Of a stretch of 64,000 nt of DNA, positions 54,337 to 60,716 are shown in pieces. Both the position numbers and the translations under genes were made by a program. Position 1 is the first letter of the stretch; every line of letters begins with the position of its first letter. The stretch is from Candidatus Babeliales bacterium (GTDB lineage: Bacteria; Babelota; Babeliae; Babelales; JBFXEV01). The notes beneath the pieces were generated by a model. It searched no databases. It saw nothing but the letters and a program-made list of their open reading frames with translations, and was not told where the DNA came from. The stretch spans positions 1,670,807 to 1,734,806 of the forward strand of contig OY970310.1 of NCBI GenBank assembly GCA_963716425.1. The letters run 5' to 3'.

Positions 54337-54648
54337 CTAAAATGTAAAATTATAATTCCCCTGATGCCGCCCAAAATACCCATCACCATAATAAGGGCGG
54401 AATGCATAGCCATAATAACTTGGTGTTTTATACGATTGATAACAACAAGATTCACAATCCAGTCCATATTCTGGCTTAGGGCACTGCCGCCGCGTACGGG
54501 GCTTTACGGCACACTTTTTTGGTGCACATATTTTTTGCGCTTCACATACTTTTTTTGATTGTGCTTGTTTAGCTTCAGATCTTGTCACATAGGTTACAAG
54601 CACTACAAGCACCAGCACCATTAATTTACTTTTATTCATGGAAAGCAC
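54337..54648 (-). CDS. small exported Lys/Cys-rich + Tyr/Gly-rich protein (103 aa)
   Basis: Signal MLSMNKSKLMVLVLVVLVTYVTRSEA. Then KKVCEAQKICAPKKCAVKPRTRRQCPKPEYGLDCESCCYQSYKTPSYYGYAFRPYYGDGYFGRHQGNY. Confidence 0.65.
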   Translation of the reverse strand: MLSMNKSKLMVLVLVVLVTYVTRSEAKQAQSKKVCEAQKICAPKKCAVKPRTRRQCPKPEYGLDCESCCYQSYKTPSYYGYAFRPYYGDGYFGRHQGNYNFTF

Positions 54649-54706
54649 CTTTTTAGCTAGTATTAATCTGTTACTCGTAATCTTTACTATTTTTCAAATT
54701 GAGGCT

Positions 54707-56071
54707 TTATCTGCGACCACCGCCATGCCCACCACCGCCTCGCATACCCCCACCTCGCATGCCGCCGCCACGCATGCCACCCATTCGCGCACCACCCATA
54801 TGAGCACCACCCATACGTGCACCACTCATACGTGCACCGGCCGGTCTTGCCATTGGTCTACTCACTGGCCTTGCTGCTGCCCGTGCGGCTGGACGCATAC
54901 CACCTGCTGGACGTGCGATTGGTCTTGCACCTGCTCCTGGATGAACACCACCTGGACGAGTTGCTCCTGGATGAACACCGCCTGGACGAGTTGCTCCTGG
55001 ATGAACGCCACCTGGACGAGTTGCTCCTGGACGAGTCGCTGCGCCTGGTCGTGTTGCTGTGCCTGGTCGTGTTGCTGTGCCTGGTCGTGTTGCTGCAGCT
55101 GCTAAACCTGCTGCTCCAAGTCCTGCGGCAGCTCCCAGCGCTGCACCTCCAAGCCGACCACCACCTGGTCTTATTCCTGCTCCACCTGCTCCTGGCCTTG
55201 TGCCTGCCCCTGGTCTTGTTCCGGCTCCACCAGCTCCTGGCCTTGTGCCAGCTCCCGGTTTTGCACCCGCGCCTGCTCCTGGTCTTGCACCCGGACGAAC
55301 GCCGGGTCTTCCACTAGGTCTTCCGCCGGGTCTACCACCACGATTCCAGTTGCGATTAAAATTTCCTCGATTCCATGGGCGTCCCCAATTATTCCACCAC
55401 CATGAACCCCAACCAAAGCCCCAACCCCAAAAGAGTGGCCACCACCACCAACTAGGGCCCCACGAAGCATAATTATAATCATAATTATCAGCATAAGAAT
55501 TATCAGCATACGAATTATCAGCGTAAGAATTATCGGTGTAAGAATTATCAACATTTGAAGTGTCATATGCAGGTGTGTCTACATATTCCGTTGTTGCAGT
55601 AGGTTCTGCATATACATCAGAAGTCGCATAGGAAGGTGTTTGGCTTGCAGATTCAGTCTGTGCATCAGTGTACTGATCATCCGAGGCCGCAGGTTGATCT
55701 TGATCGCCGCCTTGATCGCCAGTCACTAATCGTCCCTCGGCAAAAAAAGCCATTGTAGCAGGATCATCACCCATATCCATATCTTGTGCCACATCAGACG
55801 GCAAAATATCATAAGGTGCTATTGCAAAGGACGCACCTGTTTTTTGATATTCGGGAGTCATCGTTGCAACTGAAAAATCTTGTTTAAGTTTTCTAAATTG
55901 CTCAGCGGGACCCATTTTATTTCTGTCTATTACTAAAACCGCTGCTTTAGGATGACTGGTCACAAACTGATTAAAATCATTCTCAGTCTCTAAATAAGGA
56001 GTAGCAGCATGGACTGCTGCACACAGAGATGCGATAACCACGAGTTGCACAAAAATTAATGAATACTTCAT
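54707..56071 (-). CDS. exported protein: thioredoxin-like head + Asp/Tyr repeats + Trp/Gly block + long RPG/AG repeats + MRGG tail (454 aa)
   Basis: SD AAGGAA. Signal ...IASLCAAVHA. Head ETENDFNQFVTSHPKAAVLVID...ASFAIAPYD...ATMAFFAEGRLV. Then (DNSY[AT])4, SWGPSWWWWPLFWGWGFGWGSWWWNNWGRPWNRGNFNRNWNRGGRPGGRP, (ATRPGGVHPG)3 and GGMRGGGMRGGGMRGGGGHGGGRR. The competing ORFs on both strands are shadows. Confidence 0.75.
   Translation of the reverse strand: MKYSLIFVQLVVIASLCAAVHAATPYLETENDFNQFVTSHPKAAVLVIDRNKMGPAEQFRKLKQDFSVATMTPEYQKTGASFAIAPYDILPSDVAQDMDMGDDPATMAFFAEGRLVTGDQGGDQDQPAASDDQYTDAQTESASQTPSYATSDVYAEPTATTEYVDTPAYDTSNVDNSYTDNSYADNSYADNSYADNYDYNYASWGPSWWWWPLFWGWGFGWGSWWWNNWGRPWNRGNFNRNWNRGGRPGGRPSGRPGVRPGARPGAGAGAKPGAGTRPGAGGAGTRPGAGTRPGAGGAGIRPGGGRLGGAALGAAAGLGAAGLAAAATRPGTATRPGTATRPGAATRPGATRPGGVHPGATRPGGVHPGATRPGGVHPGAGARPIARPAGGMRPAARAAARPVSRPMARPAGARMSGARMGGAHMGGARMGGMRGGGMRGGGMRGGGGHGGGRR
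54934..55089 (-). repeat. tandem coding repeats: 3 x 30 nt (54934-55023, plus a partial unit) followed by 3 x 18 nt (55036-55089)
   Basis: The units CTCCTGGATGAACACCACCTGGACGAGTTG and TTGCTGTGCCTGGTCGTG, read directly, encode GVHPGATRPG and TATRPG repeats. Confidence 0.9.
55484..55550 (-). repeat. 4.5 x 15-nt tandem coding repeat (DNSY[AT])
   Basis: ATTATCAGCATAAGA-type units at 55484, 55499, 55514 and 55529. Confidence 0.9.
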
Positions 56072-56092
56072 GATATTTCCTTATAACGTTTT

Positions 56093-56848
56093 CTAAATTC
56101 CAAATCCAAATCCTACTCCACCGCGTCGACCTCCAAAGCCAAACCCTATGCCAACACCGGGTCCATAACCATACCCATAGGGATAACCGTAACCACCATA
56201 AACATATGGTTCTACATACACAGGAGAATAACTTCTTCTATATACTGGCTGTTCTACATATCGCGATACTGGCTGCTCTACATATCGTGATACTGGCTGC
56301 TCTACATATCGTGTAGCGGTTCTTGGTTCTTGGACAGCATATTGTTGTGCCCGAGCTTGCGATTGCTGTAGTTGATAGGCAATATAATCACCCAAATACT
56401 TCTCTATAAAAGTTCCTAGATCAGCTTGATCAAATGCATTCTTGAGCATAGCCAACCCTCCTGAGTCATCTTGGACTGGTTTTCCATTCTTCAATAAAAA
56501 TACGATTGAAAAATCTGTACTTGTATCAGTCCTAGGCACATTATGCTGCTTTTCAATATCTACTATCAAATCTGGTACAGTGCGTGAATTAGTACCAATA
56601 AAAGAAATTCTTGAAAGCACATAGGCAGACTCGTTTGAAGACTGATTAAATGCAGTTTTCATTGATTCAAGTGCTTGTTGCTTTAATTTATCGTCACCAA
56701 CTTGTTCATAATTAATATAATGAACAACAGCATAAGGATGGCGCGAGAGTCCTTCAAAAAATTCGCTTTTACCTTCTGGTACATATATTTTTGCGCCAAG
56801 GCCACCAGTGAGCATCAATAGGTTCATAAGTATATATAACCGCTTCAT
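56093..56848 (-). CDS. exported protein: thioredoxin-like head + VSRYVEQP repeats + Tyr/Gly tail (251 aa)
   Basis: SD AAAGGAGAG. Signal MKRLYILMNLLMLTGGLGA. Head PEGKSEFFEGLSRHPYAVVHYIN...RISFIGTNS...FSIVFLLKNGKPV...LGTFIEKYL. Tail YVEPYVYGGYGYPYGYGYGPGVGIGFGFGGRRGGVGFGFGI. Confidence 0.75.
   Translation of the reverse strand: MKRLYILMNLLMLTGGLGAKIYVPEGKSEFFEGLSRHPYAVVHYINYEQVGDDKLKQQALESMKTAFNQSSNESAYVLSRISFIGTNSRTVPDLIVDIEKQHNVPRTDTSTDFSIVFLLKNGKPVQDDSGGLAMLKNAFDQADLGTFIEKYLGDYIAYQLQQSQARAQQYAVQEPRTATRYVEQPVSRYVEQPVSRYVEQPVYRRSYSPVYVEPYVYGGYGYPYGYGYGPGVGIGFGFGGRRGGVGFGFGI
56242..56313 (-). repeat. 3 x 24-nt tandem coding repeat (VSRYVEQP)
   Basis: Units at 56242-56265, 56266-56289 and 56290-56313 (ATACTGGCTG[TC]TCTACATATCG[CT]G). 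Confidence 0.9.
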
Positions 56849-56882
56849 TCCATCTCTCCTTTTTCTACATCATATTAGTCAC

Positions 56883-58034
56883 TTAACATTTCTTTATTTT
56901 TTCAAGTAAACCAGTTACTTTCATTGATTGTTTATCTACTGTTTTTCCATCTAACACTTTGGCAATAAATCTATTAACTTTATAGCAATAAGCCTCTGGA
57001 TTATAAAAAAATGAGTCAAAATGATGACGACCATCCGTCACCCATAAACGCTTAAATCCTTTGGCATTGTCATATACGTTACACACAGCTTGGACTGGCA
57101 CTTTTTCATCATTTCTGCAATGAATAAAAAAGCATGGCACCGATACGTTCTTAATAGCATCTGAAGGGTTTACAGGGAATATTCTTGTATTAGTTGCAGT
57201 AGGATCCAATTTTGCGACCGTTTTTAATAACGACTTTAAAAACGATTGCACATACGGATTAAAAGCGTAATTACCTAATATGTTTTTACCTGGTAATGCA
57301 AAATCGTACCCAAATAAATGAATACGCACATCTTCTAATGCTTTACGTAACACATTCTCACTGCGATCAAATGGGCAATCGAGAATCATTGCATCAAACA
57401 AGGTCATATCTTGTGACTGAGCAATAATTGCAGCTACGGCACCCATTGAAAATCCATACACAACGCGTGGCAAATCTTTAAGCTCTTTATCATTCTTAAT
57501 AAAATCAACAGCCGCCATCACATCATATGATTCATCACGACCAAACGTACAATATTGATGATTATCCGAACTGTCACCATGTGCACGAAAATCGAAAGTC
57601 ATCACATTACAATTGGGGAACACCGTTCTAAATATACCCACGTCATGCTTATCACACATATAACCATGACACACAAGAACATTTGCGATAGCATCTTTTC
57701 TACGAATCAATTTTCCCTTACGTTCAGATCGTTTATTTGAGCAGGCACTCTCGGGTGCATAGAAAGAAATTTCTTCTAGTTGACTGCCATGCAAATATTT
57801 GTGCTCTTTAGAAATTTCCGCATACGTTTGTTTATCAAGAGTATCCATAGCACTCTGTGTAAGTTTAAGATCAACGCCAGCAGTCATGCCTTTGTCAACG
57901 TCCTTTCGATCACTCTTCTGTACATTCTTATCATTATCGTGCTTTACTTCCTTATGGTCACTATAAAATATAGCGATAGATGCACAACCTATTAAAAGAA
58001 GTACTAAATACTTAATATTAAACAATATCTTCAT
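56883..58034 (-). CDS. lipoprotein alpha/beta hydrolase (383 aa)
   Basis: ATG 58034 is preceded by GGGGGAG. Lipobox LLLIGC. Oxyanion-region VCHGY, GxSxG elbow GFSMGA, and later Asp/His (NDEKV; GRHH). Confidence 0.75.
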   Translation of the reverse strand: MKILFNIKYLVLLLIGCASIAIFYSDHKEVKHDNDKNVQKSDRKDVDKGMTAGVDLKLTQSAMDTLDKQTYAEISKEHKYLHGSQLEEISFYAPESACSNKRSERKGKLIRRKDAIANVLVCHGYMCDKHDVGIFRTVFPNCNVMTFDFRAHGDSSDNHQYCTFGRDESYDVMAAVDFIKNDKELKDLPRVVYGFSMGAVAAIIAQSQDMTLFDAMILDCPFDRSENVLRKALEDVRIHLFGYDFALPGKNILGNYAFNPYVQSFLKSLLKTVAKLDPTATNTRIFPVNPSDAIKNVSVPCFFIHCRNDEKVPVQAVCNVYDNAKGFKRLWVTDGRHHFDSFFYNPEAYCYKVNRFIAKVLDGKTVDKQSMKVTGLLEKIKKC

Positions 58035-58219
58035 ATGCTCCCCCATGAACCTATTTGGGCTTATAAAACCCATTAAACCTATCTTTCTCTACTAATAGAG
58101 TACCATTTTATTATTTCTAATTGCAATAATTTCATGGTGGATTGATGTGAACTTATTACTGTAGTATGATTAGCTCTGGTATAATTATAGGAAATTACCC
58201 TGTAAAAAAGGATATATCT

Positions 58220-58597
58220 ATGAGAAAAAGAACCTCTTTGATAACTTGCACACTCCACACTACCATGCTACTTCTGACCTTAGGCCTAGAAGCTTCAAGC
58301 CTCAAAATCTATAATATGCATGATTTACCAATCAGGGGATTTACCAGCCCAATAGCGGATTGCGGCCACGGGAGAGAAGACTGCGTGGTCTTTCCTTATC
58401 AATCGATTATTAATTCACATTCGGTAACATTTACTTTAATCGATGAAGGCATACAAGTATTTATGTGGGAAGGAATAATAGGTCCACGATATAGCGCTAT
58501 CGTGAACCTAGAAAAAAATGAATATGCTACCCTTGAAATCCTTGGCGAGGGTTATTATAAGTTCAAGGGCAAAAAATTATATGCAGAACAAATCTAA
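58220..58597 (+). CDS. hypothetical exported protein (125 aa)
   Basis: ATG 58220 is preceded by AAAGGAT. Signal-like MRKRTSLITCTLHTTMLLLTLGLEASS. Its 3' end overlaps the convergent trxB-like gene by 4 nt. Confidence 0.5.
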   Translation: MRKRTSLITCTLHTTMLLLTLGLEASSLKIYNMHDLPIRGFTSPIADCGHGREDCVVFPYQSIINSHSVTFTLIDEGIQVFMWEGIIGPRYSAIVNLEKNEYATLEILGEGYYKFKGKKLYAEQI

Positions 58598-60036
58598 ATA
58601 AATTGCTCGGTGAATTCAACCAATTCCTTGCGATTCATGGCCTGATTATACCGAACGGCAAGCTGACCACCTTTAAATACCAGCATTACCGGAATAGTGC
58701 CAATATGATATTCCTCGGCAATCTCTTTTGCATGCTCTACATCTACCTTTACAAAAGTAGCTTTACCTTCAAATTGAGCTCCTACGGAAGCAAGTGCAGG
58801 TAACATGCGCATACAACTTGGGCAATATTCTGCAAAGAAGTCTACAAACACTGGCCCTTTGCTAAAAGAAAGAACGTTTTTAAGCTGAGCTAGCGTCCCG
58901 ATGACAGGTATCTCAATTTTTGCATCCAAAAAAGGCTCAAAAAAATGAGGTTCCATACGCTTGAATACCGCTTCATTAAAGCCATGCTCTTGCAAGAAGG
59001 CCACTGCATCAAGAGCTGCAGCAGTGCCAGCACCAGCTGAATAACCTGCCTGCTTATATATAGGATCAGCAACATCACCAGCCGCAAAAATACCTTCTAA
59101 GGAAGTCTTTTGGGTGCGACCAACAAGTTGTATGTAGCCATTTTTATCAACCAAACATTGATTGGTAAATAATTGCGAGTTCGGGTCGTGACCAATAGCC
59201 AAAAAGACACCAGTCACTTTCTTGGTGGTAATTTCTCCTGATTTTACATTCTTGATCACCACTTCAGTAACACCTGCGTCATTTCCCTTAATTTCTTGAA
59301 GCTCAACATTATATTCAACATGAATATTGGCTACCGCTTTCATGCGATCTTGCATAGATGCAGCAGCTCGCATAGTATCTTTACGCACTAAAATAGTTAC
59401 TGTTTTAGCATGTGGTGCCAATTGAAGTGACTCTTCAACTGCTGAATCGCCTCCACCTATGACCACCACATCGTTGCCTTTATGGAACCACGCATCACAA
59501 ATGGCACACGTGGTTACACCCTTGCCGAAGTATTCTTGTTCGCCTGGAACCCCCACTTTCTTTGGCGTTGAACCTGTTGCCACAATAATAGTCAATGCGC
59601 GTATTGTTTTACCGCCCTCGGTGGTGACGGTGAATGGCCAACTTGAAAGATCAACTTTTTGTGCGGTATCTGAAAAAAATTCAGCACCAAATGATTGAGC
59701 CTGCGCCTTAAGCTGCGAAATAATTTGAGAACCGAGCACTTGTTTGCTACCTGGCCAGTTTGCAATTTCGCTGGTTTCCATAAGAGCACCACCTGGTTTG
59801 TTGCCCTCAAGTACAAGTGTTTTGATTTTAGCTCGTGCACCATAGAGCGCAGCAGAGAGACCTGCAGGTCCTGATCCCAAGATTAATATAGGCACCACAT
59901 CTGAAGCATCTAAGGCCAGGTCTACCGTCACTGTAACTTGAGATTTACACCCGGTTGTCCATACGTAAACCAAGCTGAATCCTATTATTACAAAAGCCAA
60001 ACAGGAAAGTAAAAAAATATTTTGTTTTTTAACCAT
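58594..60036 (-). CDS. trxB: thioredoxin reductase fused to a C-terminal thioredoxin domain, with an N-terminal hydrophobic anchor (480 aa)
   Basis: ATG 60036 is preceded by AAGGAA. FAD motif ILGSGPAGLSAALYGARA, redox-active CAIC (TTCAICDAWF) and NADPH motif VIGGGDSAVEE. The C-terminal Trx fold has FFAEYCPSCMRMLP (CxxC). N-terminus MVKKQNIFLLSCLAFVIIGFSLVYVW. Confidence 0.85.
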   Translation of the reverse strand: MVKKQNIFLLSCLAFVIIGFSLVYVWTTGCKSQVTVTVDLALDASDVVPILILGSGPAGLSAALYGARAKIKTLVLEGNKPGGALMETSEIANWPGSKQVLGSQIISQLKAQAQSFGAEFFSDTAQKVDLSSWPFTVTTEGGKTIRALTIIVATGSTPKKVGVPGEQEYFGKGVTTCAICDAWFHKGNDVVVIGGGDSAVEESLQLAPHAKTVTILVRKDTMRAAASMQDRMKAVANIHVEYNVELQEIKGNDAGVTEVVIKNVKSGEITTKKVTGVFLAIGHDPNSQLFTNQCLVDKNGYIQLVGRTQKTSLEGIFAAGDVADPIYKQAGYSAGAGTAAALDAVAFLQEHGFNEAVFKRMEPHFFEPFLDAKIEIPVIGTLAQLKNVLSFSKGPVFVDFFAEYCPSCMRMLPALASVGAQFEGKATFVKVDVEHAKEIAEEYHIGTIPVMLVFKGGQLAVRYNQAMNRKELVEFTEQFI

Positions 60037-60195
60037 GACACATTTTCCTTTAGTTATCGACGTTATCAGCACAAGATCTTTTTCCTTATTTAACGTACCA
60101 CGACCAATCGCTATTGACAAACCCGAGCACCCCGGGGTATGATTGGGGCATGTTGTGTAGAATGATAAAAACCTAAGACCAAAAAGGAGTCAATT

Positions 60196-60579
60196 ATGAC
60201 TTTTAAACGTTCTCTTGCTTTAGCCGCATTATTGGCAATAAGTTTACCTGCAACCACTGGGTTTGCTCACAATTCTGAAGAAGCATTAACTGATGGTGCG
60301 ATGCTGTCAAAAACTGTTTGGTTAGGCGCGAAAGTAGTCCTCCTTCAACAGTATTTAACTCGCGTTGCCCCATCAATTAGAGCTCAATTGAGTTCTCGTG
60401 ATGCGACTGAAAGCCAAGAACTAACTAAAATCGTTATGGATGCAATTGCTGCAGGCTGGTTTATAACCGAAATGAAAGACTACTTTGGAGATCTTCGCAA
60501 ATATGTCTGGAGCAACGTTGGTTCACCAATCGCTGAACAACTGCCAGAACCCCTTCGCACTATCGTTTGTAATAACTAA
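60196..60579 (+). CDS. hypothetical exported protein (127 aa)
   Basis: Strong SD AAAAGGAG. Signal MTFKRSLALAALLAISLPATTGFA. Confidence 0.55.
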   Translation: MTFKRSLALAALLAISLPATTGFAHNSEEALTDGAMLSKTVWLGAKVVLLQQYLTRVAPSIRAQLSSRDATESQELTKIVMDAIAAGWFITEMKDYFGDLRKYVWSNVGSPIAEQLPEPLRTIVCNN

Positions 60580-60603
60580 CTAACTCGACTACACAACATA
60601 CCT

Positions 60604-60632
60604 AAACCCGGGACTAAAAAACCCGGGTTTTC
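60604..60632 (+). terminator. rho-independent terminator
   Basis: Stem AAACCCGGG/CCCGGGTTT (60604-60612 / 60622-60630) followed by a T-run. Confidence 0.8.
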
Positions 60633-60716
60633 TACCTTTAAAATTGACAAAATGGCGTATCTTCGGTACTCTCAGAATACATTGAGCTCATAATATATTA
60701 ATACCGTGGAGGTACC

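Noticed and set aside
54638-55566. Several long overlapping ORFs on both strands (54638..55105+, 54817..55317+, 55059..55472+, 55171..55566-).
   Set aside because: They lie in GC-rich repetitive DNA that is open in many frames. Only the minus-strand frame 54707..56071 has an SD, a signal peptide, a head domain paralogous to its neighbours and a tail like the rest of the cluster.
44769-56313. Tandem direct repeats (75, 30, 24, 18 and 15 nt), considered as possible CRISPR or other non-coding arrays.
   Set aside because: All are in frame inside coding genes, contiguous without unique spacers, and translate into peptide repeats. No cas genes are present.
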